Source: Parachlamydiales bacterium
Lineage (GTDB): Bacteria > Chlamydiota > Chlamydiia > Chlamydiales > JAJFMK01
Assembly (NCBI GenBank): GCA_963704365.1
Contig: OY969899.1
Location: 1,969,285-2,033,284 of the forward strand
Direction: 5' to 3'
Length of the DNA stretch: 64,000 nt
Shown: one piece after another, positions 29,193 to 39,016 of the stretch
How positions within the stretch are numbered: the stretch's first letter is position 1
Layout: each line of letters opens with the position of its first letter
Translations under genes and position numbers: made by a program
Notes under the pieces: model-generated
The model's database searches: none
What the model was told of the DNA's origin: nothing
The model's input: the letters and a program-made list of their open reading frames with translations, nothing else

Positions 29193-29912
29193 ATGATGGG
29201 CAACCCTTTCATTGATGCATTTGTCCAATCCGATCTGATGGGAAAGGCGATCTTTTTGCTGCTATTTACCCTATCTGTCTTAACATTCGCAGTTTTTTTC
29301 GAGACTTGGAATGCTTTAAAAAAAGCTAGGACAGGCTCTACGCTTTTCAAAAAGGTATTTGATCGACATCGAGAAATGCCGCTTCACATTGACCCGGAAT
29401 CTTTAGAGGAATTTGAAGATAAGAACCCTTTATTAGCTCTTTACGCCTCTTTACGTAATTCAGCACTTAATTTAATTAAGCGGAATCGTCAAGAAAACAC
29501 CCCTCCATTCCTCCTTGAAAAGGATATCGAGCGGGTAGATATCGAGACCGAAGCGGAGAAAAGGGGGCAGGTGGCAAAATTAGAAAAAAATCTCTACCTT
29601 CTTTCAATGATCGTTACTCTTGCTCCATTCCTGGGTCTTTTGGGGACTGTTTGGGGGATTTTGACCTCTTTCTCAAACCTTCAAGTCGCAGGATCGTCAA
29701 ACCAAGCAGTCCTTAGTGGGCTGTCTCTTGCATTGGCAACAACTGTCGTCGGATTGATCGATGCAATCCCTGCCCTTGTTGCCTATAATTTTTTGAAAAA
29801 CGAGGTCAAAAAATTTGATCTGGAACTGGAAGGGTTCTCCTCCGAAATGATCGCCACTTTAGAAACGGAGTATGTCCGCTATGCGCCACAGAAAATCTTC
29901 CCCACCGATTGA
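29193..29912 (+). CDS. tolQ: TolQ/ExbB proton channel protein
   Basis: LAPFLGLLGTVWGI, LSLALATTVVGL..AIPALVAYN. Confidence 0.88.
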   Translation: MMGNPFIDAFVQSDLMGKAIFLLLFTLSVLTFAVFFETWNALKKARTGSTLFKKVFDRHREMPLHIDPESLEEFEDKNPLLALYASLRNSALNLIKRNRQENTPPFLLEKDIERVDIETEAEKRGQVAKLEKNLYLLSMIVTLAPFLGLLGTVWGILTSFSNLQVAGSSNQAVLSGLSLALATTVVGLIDAIPALVAYNFLKNEVKKFDLELEGFSSEMIATLETEYVRYAPQKIFPTD

Positions 29913-30303
29913 GGAACCTGTTATCAACATCACACCACTGATCGACGTGGTTTTTGTTGTTTTAATTATGTTTATTTTAATCGCCCCCCTTGTTGACAAA
30001 GAGGGGGTCGAGCTAGCCCGAGGTGGAGAAGGGGAAGCCCGCGAAGTCAAAGAGACAAGTCCCATTGCTGTCGTAGTCAAAAAAAACAGTGATATTTTTT
30101 TAAACCGAGTCCCTTTGACGCTTGAAGAACTTCCCCTTCGTCTCATCCAGGCTAAGCAATCATTCCCTCAAGCTGTCCCACAGCTCTTTCATGATAAAAT
30201 GGCCCCCTTTGGTACCTACCAAGAGGTGAAATTGGCGATGGAAGCGGCAGGCTTTAATGAAATGGAACTGGTTCTAGAACCCCCTGGACAGCCACCACAG
30301 TGA
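29872..30303 (+). CDS. tolR: TolR/ExbD protein
   Basis: INITPLIDVVFVVLIMFILIAP, LFHDK.APFG. Confidence 0.88.
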   Translation: MSAMRHRKSSPPIEEPVINITPLIDVVFVVLIMFILIAPLVDKEGVELARGGEGEAREVKETSPIAVVVKKNSDIFLNRVPLTLEELPLRLIQAKQSFPQAVPQLFHDKMAPFGTYQEVKLAMEAAGFNEMELVLEPPGQPPQ

Positions 30304-30352
30304 TGTACCAGGAAGAAAAAAATACTATTTATCGCATTTTCGCTTTGTGTAG

Positions 30353-30445
30353 GCGAAGCTTCTTCGTGCTCTCTGTGAGCTCTGTGGTGATATTTTTTTA
30401 TTTTATTTTACCACAGAGTTCACAGAGAGCACGGAGAAGCTTCGC
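30353..30445. repeat. REP-like palindrome (CTCTGTG/CACAGAG family) between tolR and tolA
   Basis: gcgaagcttcttcgtgctctctgtgagctctgtggt / T-rich loop / accacagagttcacagagagcacggagaagcttcgc, with arms of about 36 bp. Confidence 0.88.
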
Positions 30446-30486
30446 TACTTCAAGACCTCTAATTTTTTTGGTGTGTGTCGACTAGA

Positions 30487-31242
30487 ATGAGTTATTTTAA
30501 TCGCTCTCTTCTTCTTCACTTGGCTGTTCTTGCGTTGCTAGCTCTTTTTTACACTGCAACCCCTCCTTTTGAAAAAAGACGTGTGATCCATACCTCAACC
30601 GTGAAATTATCCTCTGCTGTAACTACAGCTTCCCAAGTGCAAGCGGCACCTCCTGCACCTGAAGCTGTTCAACCAACGAAAAAGAAAGAAGAAGCGCCAG
30701 CAAAGCCGGAAAAAATTGCTAAAAAAGAACCAGTCAAAAAAGAAATTGTTAAAACTGAACCCAAAAAAGAAATTGCTAAAACCGAACCCAAGAAAGAGGA
30801 AAAGAAGAAGGAAGTTGTAAAAACTGACCCAAAGAAGGATGCCTTGCTAAAAGAAGCAAGAGATAATCTTGCTAAAATGGGGAAAGTCGAGGCAACATCT
30901 ACATCTGTCGATAAGTCAAATCGATCTGTCCTTTCTTCCCTTAAGGCTGAAGGGATGACCTTCTTTGTCAAAGGTGCCGATAACGACCTTTACACCTCAG
31001 AATTAATTGCGAGGTTAAAGTTAGCCCTGCGCCTTCCTGAAAGTGGAGAAGTGATTGTCGATTTGACGTTACTGAGGAACGGACGAGTCGCAGGAATAAA
31101 AATTCGAGATGCAAAAAGTTCGATCAATAAACACTATGTGGAGGCCCACCTCCCCTCACTCAGCTTCCCCGAATTTGGGGAATCGTATCCAAACAAGGAT
31201 GAGAAGCTATTTACCCTATCCCTACAAAATGCGATTTTTTAG
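30487..31242 (+). CDS. tolA: TolA/TonB-like protein
   Basis: N-terminal SLLLH TM motif, Lys/Glu/Pro-rich linker, C-terminal domain; lies between tolR and tolB. Confidence 0.75.
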   Translation: MSYFNRSLLLHLAVLALLALFYTATPPFEKRRVIHTSTVKLSSAVTTASQVQAAPPAPEAVQPTKKKEEAPAKPEKIAKKEPVKKEIVKTEPKKEIAKTEPKKEEKKKEVVKTDPKKDALLKEARDNLAKMGKVEATSTSVDKSNRSVLSSLKAEGMTFFVKGADNDLYTSELIARLKLALRLPESGEVIVDLTLLRNGRVAGIKIRDAKSSINKHYVEAHLPSLSFPEFGESYPNKDEKLFTLSLQNAIF

Positions 31243-32572
31243 TCTATTTCTCCTACTTCCCCTGCTGCTAGTGAGCAGCGACATGATCACTGTGGCCCTT
31301 CCACTCGACCATCCTCTCATTCCCCTTTACCTTGCCTCTTTTAGCTCGAAAGGAACCGATCTGCCTGCCGACTATATTCAGAAGCTGGACCAAGTTCTCC
31401 GTTTCGACTTAGCACACAACGGAACGACAGACCCTTTTATCACAAATGGCAAACTTGAAAAGCTAGCGTCTCCCTCTCAGTGGACCACAACTTCTGCACT
31501 GCTTGAATGGAAAGCAAACGGCATTCTCTATGTCATCTCCCCAAAAATCGAAGGAAATAAAGCCAGCTTTACCCTGCTTTCTACAAGCAATCTAGGGGCA
31601 AAATCGCTTGACGATGTGACCCTGACTGGGAACATCAACCAAGACCGTCAAACCTTACACAAAGTGGCCGATACCATCCACTTGAACCTTTTTGGATCAG
31701 AAGGAGTTGCCTCAAGACGTTTCATTTTCACCCGAAAAACAAAGGATGCAAAAGGTCAAACCCGCTCTTACCTTGTCGAATCTGATTGGGACGGGGAGAA
31801 TCAAAAAGTGTTGCAGAATTCCCACCATCTTTTAGTAACACCCTTCTTAGTTCCCGCCTCGCCTGGCCATCTTCCAAAAAGTTACCTCTATGTTTCTTAC
31901 GAGCTAGGACAGCCTAAAATCTTTCTGGCTACCTTAGATGGGAAAGGAAACAACCGCTTGACTTACGTTAAAGGAAACCAATTGACACCCTCCATATCCT
32001 TTCAGAGGGATAAAATCGCATTTATCAACGACTCGCTTGGTAATCCAGATCTATTCTTAATGGATTTAAAAGAGGGTAAAGAAACCCAAGAAGCACCTAG
32101 AAGGATTTTTCAATTCACTGGTGCCACCAACGCCTCACCTGCCTTTAGCCCAGATGGAACGACGATTGCATTTGTCTCAAGTAAAGACGGGGCAACACGG
32201 ATTTATACTTTGAAAATCCCCGAAAAAGGGACTAGCTTAAAATCTGTCAAAGCCCAGCTGCTGACAACACAGCAAAGAGAAGCTTCGGCCCCTGCCTGGT
32301 CTCCGGATGGAACTAAAATTGCCTTTTGCGCCAAAGGGGGCGAGGGCAATCGGCAAATATGGGTCTATGACCTTCAAAAGAAAGAAGAAAAGCAACTCAC
32401 GTTTGGCCCTGGCGATAAAGAGAATCCCTCTTGGGCAGCTAATAGCCTCCATTTGATCTTCAACGTTCGCCAAAACGATGAAACAAGCGACCTATATCTC
32501 ATGAATCTGCACCAAAGTCAGGCGATTCCAATCGTAGTGGGAAATGGTCAAAACCGCTTCCCCTCCTGGTAG
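31229..32572 (+). CDS. tolB: Tol-Pal system beta-propeller protein TolB
   Basis: Signal peptide from ATG 31229; PD40 repeats SPAFSPDG, APAWSPDG, ENPSWA; ends in FPSW. Confidence 0.92.
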   Translation: MRFFSLFLLLPLLLVSSDMITVALPLDHPLIPLYLASFSSKGTDLPADYIQKLDQVLRFDLAHNGTTDPFITNGKLEKLASPSQWTTTSALLEWKANGILYVISPKIEGNKASFTLLSTSNLGAKSLDDVTLTGNINQDRQTLHKVADTIHLNLFGSEGVASRRFIFTRKTKDAKGQTRSYLVESDWDGENQKVLQNSHHLLVTPFLVPASPGHLPKSYLYVSYELGQPKIFLATLDGKGNNRLTYVKGNQLTPSISFQRDKIAFINDSLGNPDLFLMDLKEGKETQEAPRRIFQFTGATNASPAFSPDGTTIAFVSSKDGATRIYTLKIPEKGTSLKSVKAQLLTTQQREASAPAWSPDGTKIAFCAKGGEGNRQIWVYDLQKKEEKQLTFGPGDKENPSWAANSLHLIFNVRQNDETSDLYLMNLHQSQAIPIVVGNGQNRFPSW

Positions 32573-32587
32573 ATAAATAAGAATAGA

Positions 32588-32624
32588 ATTATCAGAACGC
32601 CGCTCCAGGCGGCGTTCTGATAAT
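32588..32624. terminator. Perfect 16-bp hairpin after tolB
   Basis: attatcagaacgccgc-tccag-gcggcgttctgataat. Confidence 0.7.
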
Positions 32625-32705
32625 AAGAAAAAGGGAACCTCCATCTCGTAATTAAGTACAAAATAATATCGTATGGTAAACTTCTAGATTCAAAAGGATA
32701 ATGGT

Positions 32706-33326
32706 ATGAGCATAGTTGCATTAGAAGTTGATGATGCTTCCCCAAGTTATTTCTCTGATTACAGAAATTTGGTGGAAGAGGTTGAGACAACGTTGGGAAA
32801 GGTTTCCCTTCTGACCGATTTGATCCATGAGGAAAAGCAACAAATTGAAGCAAAGCTACAGGTAAAAAATAACAAAGAGCTCTCTAAAAAAGAAAATTAC
32901 GATAAAATGGTGAATGTAGCCCTTTTTGCACTCGAACTCTACCTCCTCTACGTCTTGCCAATTGGTCTAGTTTCTCGCGGCCTTGAAAAATTTAGTTGGA
33001 TTGGTTTTGCAGACAGCGTGGATGGGAAGTTGACCTCCCTCCTCTTAGGCCTTAGTATTGGCCGTTGCCTTCAGATTTTCCTCAGAACCTTTTACACCCT
33101 AAAGCCTCTCTACGACTGCAATTGCGAATCAAACCATTACGAAAGCCTTCGGTATGACGCCATTGCTCTAATAAGAACGACTGAAGAAAAAGTCGATCTA
33201 TTTAGCAAATTAGAGGAAAACGCCGATCTGACCTCTTTGATCCAACCTCTAAAAGAACAACTAAACAACACCGCCTTCAATCTTTTACACCAATTTCCCC
33301 ACCCCTCTTTGATCCTTGGAAAATAA
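32706..33326 (+). CDS. Hypothetical membrane protein (coiled coil plus two hydrophobic segments, Inc-like topology)
   Basis: 206-aa ORF; hydrophobic stretches at about aa 68-88 and 108-128; overlaps the tatD start. Confidence 0.6.
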   Translation: MSIVALEVDDASPSYFSDYRNLVEEVETTLGKVSLLTDLIHEEKQQIEAKLQVKNNKELSKKENYDKMVNVALFALELYLLYVLPIGLVSRGLEKFSWIGFADSVDGKLTSLLLGLSIGRCLQIFLRTFYTLKPLYDCNCESNHYESLRYDAIALIRTTEEKVDLFSKLEENADLTSLIQPLKEQLNNTAFNLLHQFPHPSLILGK

Positions 33327-34095
33327 ACTTTTCGATTCCCATCTCCATTTGGCCGATGAACGTCTTTTCCCAGAATGGGAAGCCATTTTTCACCGTGCTC
33401 TCGAAGTTGGAGTCGAGAAATTTCTGGTGATTGCTACCAATCCGGACGAAATGGAAAAAGCTTTGGAGATGAGGGAAAAGTATAAACAGAACATCTTTGT
33501 GGCAGCCTCAATCACTCCACATGAAGCACACACAGCTTCAAAAGAAGATGTAGAAGCCATTTTCTCCGCTGCTAAAGAGGGGCTGTTGGACGCTTTAGGG
33601 GAAACAGGCCTTGAATATCACTATCTCAAAGAGACAGCCGCCCAACAACTTGATCTGCTTGAACGCTCTTTAGAACTGGCCCGAGCGCTTGACCTGCCGG
33701 TTGTTTTCCATTGCAGGGAAGCATTCTCAGACCTTTATCCCTTACTAGACAAATACCAACCTAGAGGGATTCTCCATTGTTTTACAGGAACCACTGAAGA
33801 GGCCCAACAGATCCTGAAGAGGGATCTTTACATCTCTTTCAGCGGGATAGCCACCCACAGCAAAAGTGATGCTCTCCGTGAGACTGCACGACATGTCCCG
33901 CTAGAAAAACTCCTGATCGAAACCGACGCCCCCTATCTAGCCCCACAGGCTTATCGCGGTAAAACGAATGAACCTGCCTTTATCTTAAATACACTAGATA
34001 TCTTGGCATCGGCACTAGGTGTTTCTTCTGAATCGCTGGCTCAACAGACTTACCAAAACGGGCTTAAACTCCTCTTAGGAAAAAAGAGTCATTAA
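33316..34095 (+). CDS. tatD: TatD family DNase
   Basis: FDSHLHL, LGETGLEY, FHCREA, ILHCF, IETDAPYLAP. Confidence 0.93.
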   Translation: MENKLFDSHLHLADERLFPEWEAIFHRALEVGVEKFLVIATNPDEMEKALEMREKYKQNIFVAASITPHEAHTASKEDVEAIFSAAKEGLLDALGETGLEYHYLKETAAQQLDLLERSLELARALDLPVVFHCREAFSDLYPLLDKYQPRGILHCFTGTTEEAQQILKRDLYISFSGIATHSKSDALRETARHVPLEKLLIETDAPYLAPQAYRGKTNEPAFILNTLDILASALGVSSESLAQQTYQNGLKLLLGKKSH

Positions 34096-34120
34096 TCGTC
34101 TCTTTTGCTCTAGCAAAACC

Positions 34121-35011
34121 TCATTTAACTAGTTGTTTTGGGCAAGTGGCCTGCTTTCCATCGTGGATACCAGGATTGACCAGAACCACAGGGAGAGTCG
34201 GATTAAACCAGGTCGAAGCTAAACTCAGGTTAGAGCTTGTTCGGATGAGGAAATTGGTTTTGGATAGAAGTAGGCAATCTAAAAGCGCCTCTTCACCCTG
34301 TTTATCAGGAGAACTAGAGCCTGTATGAATCGGTTGATCGGTTTCAGACCGCTCCGCATCTAGGAAAAACACCTTATCGGGAAATACTTTTAACATCTCG
34401 TCAATGAAAAAAGCATCGTCGGTCGCAACAAAGAAATAAGGGTCTTTGAATGTTTCAGTCTCTTCGATGATCCGCTTGATGAAATCTTGCCGCGACATTT
34501 CTGGCGCCTCGCCAAGAAATTTATCTGTAGCTCTGTAGTGTATGCCTACGACAAAACGGCCTTTAAAACGAGCCTTTTGAAACGATTCAACCTTCTTAAG
34601 GATGTTTTTTTTGATTTTGATATATTTTTGGATCAGCTCAAAATTCCTTTCAGGTCCCGATTCAAGAGAGACATCGAACAGGCGACGACGGATGAGTTGA
34701 TCAATCGGAAGGGTGATCAGGACGGTACTTTTTACCGGCAAATTGAAAGGCTCAAAGTAGTAGGTCCACCAGTTGTCTCCCCTTTCTGGGTTATAGTAAA
34801 AGCCCCGTTTACCAAAGTCGAGAGACAGGGATGCAATGTTTCCTTGGTCATAGAGTTCTAACGCTCCGACCACAACTCCAAACATGGAGAAAAAACCACT
34901 CAAGAACCTGTCTTCAGGTATTTTAACTGACCAAGATTTCCCCTTTTCAAAATCGCATGCGGCAGAGAGAGAAGAGGAAAAAAGTAAAAGAATGACTAAT
35001 AGAAATCTCAT
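34121..35011 (-). CDS. NodZ-family (GT23-like) fucosyltransferase with signal peptide
   Basis: GFFSMF, NWW.YYFEP, VGIHYRATDK, FVATDD, ALLDCLLLSK..FLIRTSSNLS. Confidence 0.82.
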   Translation of the reverse strand: MRFLLVILLLFSSSLSAACDFEKGKSWSVKIPEDRFLSGFFSMFGVVVGALELYDQGNIASLSLDFGKRGFYYNPERGDNWWTYYFEPFNLPVKSTVLITLPIDQLIRRRLFDVSLESGPERNFELIQKYIKIKKNILKKVESFQKARFKGRFVVGIHYRATDKFLGEAPEMSRQDFIKRIIEETETFKDPYFFVATDDAFFIDEMLKVFPDKVFFLDAERSETDQPIHTGSSSPDKQGEEALLDCLLLSKTNFLIRTSSNLSLASTWFNPTLPVVLVNPGIHDGKQATCPKQLVK

Positions 35012-35139
35012 AAGACGATCATTTTAGGACAAACACCCATTTTATGTGCATATCAGATCAAAAAAATAACAAGATGAATGGTCGTACTCATCGACCTAAG
35101 ACATGTCGTTTTGCACATAACAGGAACAGGATAAGCAGG

Positions 35140-35461
35140 CATACGCATCAACTTAAGGAACATCAATTTCTCAACAATCTGTTAAAAGCAAATTACTTAC
35201 AAAGAAACATTTAGAAATCAATTTAGTCAAAAACGGCTTAAATCTTCGAAGAAAGGCCCAAGATTACTCTCTGTGCTCTCCGTGAGCTCTGTGGTGATCT
35301 TCTTTTTATTTTTTACCACAGAGCTCACAGAGAGCACAGAGAGAGGATTTTGAATTGCCCCTTCTAGAATAATCGACTCTGATATTCTACTCTTTTTTTA
35401 TTCCATCTATTTGTGGTTAATTAGCTTAGCATCTACCTCTAGGCTTAGGTTGATGCTTATG
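35140..35461 (+). mobile_element. 322-bp MITE with IS231-type (IS4 family) terminal inverted repeats, copy 1
   Basis: Ends CATACGCATCAACTTAAG / CTTAGGTTGATGCTTATG; no transposase; near-identical inverted copy at 57993-58314; central CTCTGTG/CACAGAG palindrome. Confidence 0.88.
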
Positions 35462-35502
35462 CCTACTCATCCTGTCCTTTTCTTTTTGAGGGATATGTTG
35501 TG

Positions 35503-36951
35503 TTATTGGATCTGTTTGAAAGCTTGAGGGACTTGATCGGCAATGTCTTGCACGTTCATGGAATAGGATGTCACTTTTTCAGCCGCTAATTCCCCGGCTA
35601 TTCCATGTAGTGAAGCCCCCAGTAACGCTGCACTGTGGGGACTTAGATCTTGAGCTAGAAACGCACCTACAATTCCGCTTAGGAGATCTCCACACCCTGC
35701 CGTCGCCATGCCTGGATCGCCAAAAGGGATCACACGAGGTTCTTCCCCAAATAAAAAGGTTGGTCCACCCTTAGCCAGAAGGGTGATCTTTCTTTTGGCG
35801 GCATATTGAGAACTGACCTCAAGCCATTCCTGCGATCGTTTTGAATATTGTCCACCCAAAAGCCGATTGAGCTCTCCTTGGTGGGGAGTCAAAACGGCCC
35901 CTTGAGGTAGAAGTAGGCGCCTTTCAGCGACATGGTAAAGGGCATCTCCATCTACGACAACTTTTTTAGCTTGTGAGAGAACCTCTTCGACCAGATCTCC
36001 CATTGTATCTTCTCTTCCTAATCCAGGACCGATCACCACAGCATCGTACTTTTCAAGACTGGCTAGATCATCGATCGATTTCACAATCAATTCTGGAAGA
36101 TGGGTAAAATACCCCGCAAGGTCGCTTTGAGTGTACAAGTGGACAATCCCTGCCCCTCCACGAAATGCCCCTAAAGAAGCCAAGTAGGCAGCCCCTGTCA
36201 TGCCTGGGCTGCCAGCGATCACCGCAACAAATCCTCTTTCATACTTGTGACGGCTTCTTTTGACCTGGGGTAGCAGAAGAGGGAGTTCAGATTTTTCTAC
36301 TACCGAAAAAAGGGGGCGGGCTGACTGCTCTACCTCCTCTGAGAAAATCGGCAATGTCTGGATAATGCCAGAATAATCCCAACCTTCCCCAAGATAGGAG
36401 GCTGATTTCGGAAAGCCAATGGCAAGAGTGACAGAGGCCGCAATGGGTCTTCCTTCTCCCCCCGTCCCAGAGGCAATATCGATGCTTAAAATGGGCAATC
36501 CCGAATGGTTGGCATAATCAATCATCTCTTGATACACCCCGCGGATCTCTCCATGGAAACCAGTTCCGAAAATTCCATCAAGGATCACACCCTCATCTGG
36601 GATGTGAGAACGGATCAAAGGCAACGGATAAACTTTTCCACCCATTTGCAAAAAACGGGTTTTGGCCTCTGAGGCTAAAGGCGAATGGGATTCATTCACA
36701 TCGGTCACAATAGCTACAACTTCAATTCCTTTAGAAAAAAGTTCTATTCCTGCAACTAGAGCATCACCACCATTATTTCCCTTACCAACAAGGAGGTACA
36801 CTCTCTTTTTAAAGTCATTTGCCTTGATGAAATTTGCAGTGAAGGATGCTATTTGCTTTCCTGCTTTTTGCATCAACTCAGCTGTTGTGACCCCATTTTT
36901 TTCAGAAAGGGTCTCCAGCCTGCTCATCTCTTCAGAGGAGACAACTTTCAT
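35503..36951 (-). CDS. nnr: Bifunctional NAD(P)HX epimerase/dehydratase
   Basis: GKGNNGGDAL, DGIFGTG, DIASG, HKY.RG, IGPGLG, TPHQGE, MATAGCGDLLSG. Confidence 0.93.
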   Translation of the reverse strand: MKVVSSEEMSRLETLSEKNGVTTAELMQKAGKQIASFTANFIKANDFKKRVYLLVGKGNNGGDALVAGIELFSKGIEVVAIVTDVNESHSPLASEAKTRFLQMGGKVYPLPLIRSHIPDEGVILDGIFGTGFHGEIRGVYQEMIDYANHSGLPILSIDIASGTGGEGRPIAASVTLAIGFPKSASYLGEGWDYSGIIQTLPIFSEEVEQSARPLFSVVEKSELPLLLPQVKRSRHKYERGFVAVIAGSPGMTGAAYLASLGAFRGGAGIVHLYTQSDLAGYFTHLPELIVKSIDDLASLEKYDAVVIGPGLGREDTMGDLVEEVLSQAKKVVVDGDALYHVAERRLLLPQGAVLTPHQGELNRLLGGQYSKRSQEWLEVSSQYAAKRKITLLAKGGPTFLFGEEPRVIPFGDPGMATAGCGDLLSGIVGAFLAQDLSPHSAALLGASLHGIAGELAAEKVTSYSMNVQDIADQVPQAFKQIQ

Positions 36952-37943
36952 AAATGCTCTTCCTTTACTTCACGCTGCATCAAAGACTGTAACGCCATCA
37001 TAGGAGAGAGGTGTTCGTAAATCAGACCAAAAACAGCCGATGTGATGGGAAGGGGAACCTCTTTGACTCGGGCCAACATCTCGACCGAGTGTGCCGTATA
37101 GGCCCCTTCTACCACCATTCCTATCTGCGACAGAGCCTCCTCTGCAGTTTTCCCTTCAGCCAACAACTTTCCAAAAGAATAGTTACGACTCAACGGAGAA
37201 GAACAGGTGGCAATCAGATCACCCATACCAGACAGACCGCTCAAGGTTTCGGCTCTTCCCCCCGCTGAAAGGGCCAATTTTCTCATTTCATGCAAACCGC
37301 GTGTCATCAAAGCAGCCCTTGCTGATGCCCCCAATTTCAAACCGTCTGATATTCCACAGGCAACTGCAATGATATTTTTGACTGAGCCTCCGAAGGCCAC
37401 ACCAATCACATCAGAATTTGGGTAGACACGAAAAGTTGGGGTATTGAAACAGCGGGCAATAAAACGCATCACCTCTTCATTGTCAGAAGCAGCTACGACA
37501 GAAGTCGGTTTTCCTCGGATCACCTCTTGGGCGAAACTTGGACCAGAAAGGAGCCCTATTTTACCTTTTGCAAACCCGCCTAATACATCGTTTAGCACCT
37601 CTGGCAAAGTCAGCAACGACTCCTTTTCAATCCCTTTTGAGGAGATGACCACTGGGCAAGTAATATTGGCTTTTGGCACTTCTGTAAAAACAGGTCGCAA
37701 ACCTTCTGATGTTACAGCCTCGACAATCATATCTCTTTTAAAAGTGGCCTCATCAAGATTTGTTGTCCATTTAAGCCCTTCAGGAATAGGGATATCCTTA
37801 AAAAGGGGGTGTGGTTTTTTCTCAGTAAGGCTTTTTGCAAGCTCTTTGTCACGTGTCCACAACAACACTTCATACCCTTTGGAAACCAATAAAAGGGCTA
37901 TTGCAAATCCCCAAGATCCACTTCCAAGCACTGTGATTTTCAC
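36948..37943 (-). CDS. gpsA: NAD(P)H-dependent glycerol-3-phosphate dehydrogenase
   Basis: VLGSGSWG, SKGIE, LSGPSFA, KNIIAVACG, GLSGMGDLIATC..SRN. Confidence 0.95.
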   Translation of the reverse strand: MKITVLGSGSWGFAIALLLVSKGYEVLLWTRDKELAKSLTEKKPHPLFKDIPIPEGLKWTTNLDEATFKRDMIVEAVTSEGLRPVFTEVPKANITCPVVISSKGIEKESLLTLPEVLNDVLGGFAKGKIGLLSGPSFAQEVIRGKPTSVVAASDNEEVMRFIARCFNTPTFRVYPNSDVIGVAFGGSVKNIIAVACGISDGLKLGASARAALMTRGLHEMRKLALSAGGRAETLSGLSGMGDLIATCSSPLSRNYSFGKLLAEGKTAEEALSQIGMVVEGAYTAHSVEMLARVKEVPLPITSAVFGLIYEHLSPMMALQSLMQREVKEEHL

Positions 37944-39016
37944 TTTTCATCTCCGTCGATATAAGGGGTTTTTCCTACACTTTTTCCAAGCCAATGGGTT
38001 TTTAAATCAGGTGTAGGGTAATAAAAGCGGGGGTCGATCTCCAGCACATCAGTATCTATAGGAACCCCTGTTATTTCTTGTAAAATTCCACGTTCTCTTT
38101 CGGAAAGGGCCCTTTTTACCCTTTCTAGATCATCTCTCTCTTTTAGGGGAACGAACGTTTTCTCTCGGGGATAGACGATCGGCCCGATTTTTTTGGCCAA
38201 TGGGAAATGGTCGAAGATATATCGCTCTTGCTTCCAGCCCCATTGCCCCTCTTTGATCTTCTTCCATTGTAAGTGCAAAGGGAGTTGAAATGTATTTTGT
38301 GCTGCAAGGCGAGCAAAGGAAAGATTCATAAGAAGAAGGGAAATATTGGCAAAATCAAAACCCTCTTTTTCTTCCATTTCGTTGTATTCCACTACCCTTA
38401 GTTCCCCTTCCTTCTCAACAAGGAGCCCTACTTTTTCCACAGGCGAATTTTTTCTGATCACCTTCAGCGTCAGTTCGTATCCTCCCCTCAAGTGAAAATC
38501 AATCCACCTTGGGTCGACAGGGTCTGCTAAGGGATTTTCAACTAGCACGGTTGTCAAAAGTTTTACCCCACTCTCTTCCCACTTTTTCAACGCACCATTT
38601 TCTTCGAGTACTTTAAAAACTCCTCCATTTCCATCGGGTCCAGAAAATGGAAGAGGGTCTTTATTTTCATCTAGATAGGGAAGCTCTCCTTGCTCGCAAA
38701 TGATAAAGTCTTTTCCTTTGAAGAACTCTTTTGTTGCTTGTGTGTTCCCCTTTGAGGTCAAAATAGCGACAGGTATTGCTTTTCCATAGCACAAACTAGC
38801 TGCCTTGATTTTATCGGCAAACAATTGGAAGAGAGAATGTTGGCGGACAGGTGTTACAGGAAAAGTCCCTTTGGGGCCATCCCACCCAAGGCGGCTTCCG
38901 ACGCCTCCGGCAAGGAGAACGACGGCAACTTTTCCTTCTTTCAAAGCCTCGATCCCGAGTTGATCTGGTAAGGCTGGGCCCCACGAAAGAGGTTCAGGAG
39001 GCGGGGTGTATTTCAT
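37940..39016 (-). CDS. UTP-sugar-1-phosphate uridylyltransferase (eukaryote-type UDPGP/UAP family)
   Basis: LLAGG.GSRLG..GPKG, PDGNGG, ENPL..DP, EKVG, VEY.E, E.YIFD, FVPLK. Confidence 0.88.
   Translation of the reverse strand: MKYTPPPEPLSWGPALPDQLGIEALKEGKVAVVLLAGGVGSRLGWDGPKGTFPVTPVRQHSLFQLFADKIKAASLCYGKAIPVAILTSKGNTQATKEFFKGKDFIICEQGELPYLDENKDPLPFSGPDGNGGVFKVLEENGALKKWEESGVKLLTTVLVENPLADPVDPRWIDFHLRGGYELTLKVIRKNSPVEKVGLLVEKEGELRVVEYNEMEEKEGFDFANISLLLMNLSFARLAAQNTFQLPLHLQWKKIKEGQWGWKQERYIFDHFPLAKKIGPIVYPREKTFVPLKERDDLERVKRALSERERGILQEITGVPIDTDVLEIDPRFYYPTPDLKTHWLGKSVGKTPYIDGDEK

Noticed and set aside
30670-30840. KTEPKKE-type tandem repeats
   Set aside because: Ordinary low-complexity linker of TolA/TonB proteins.
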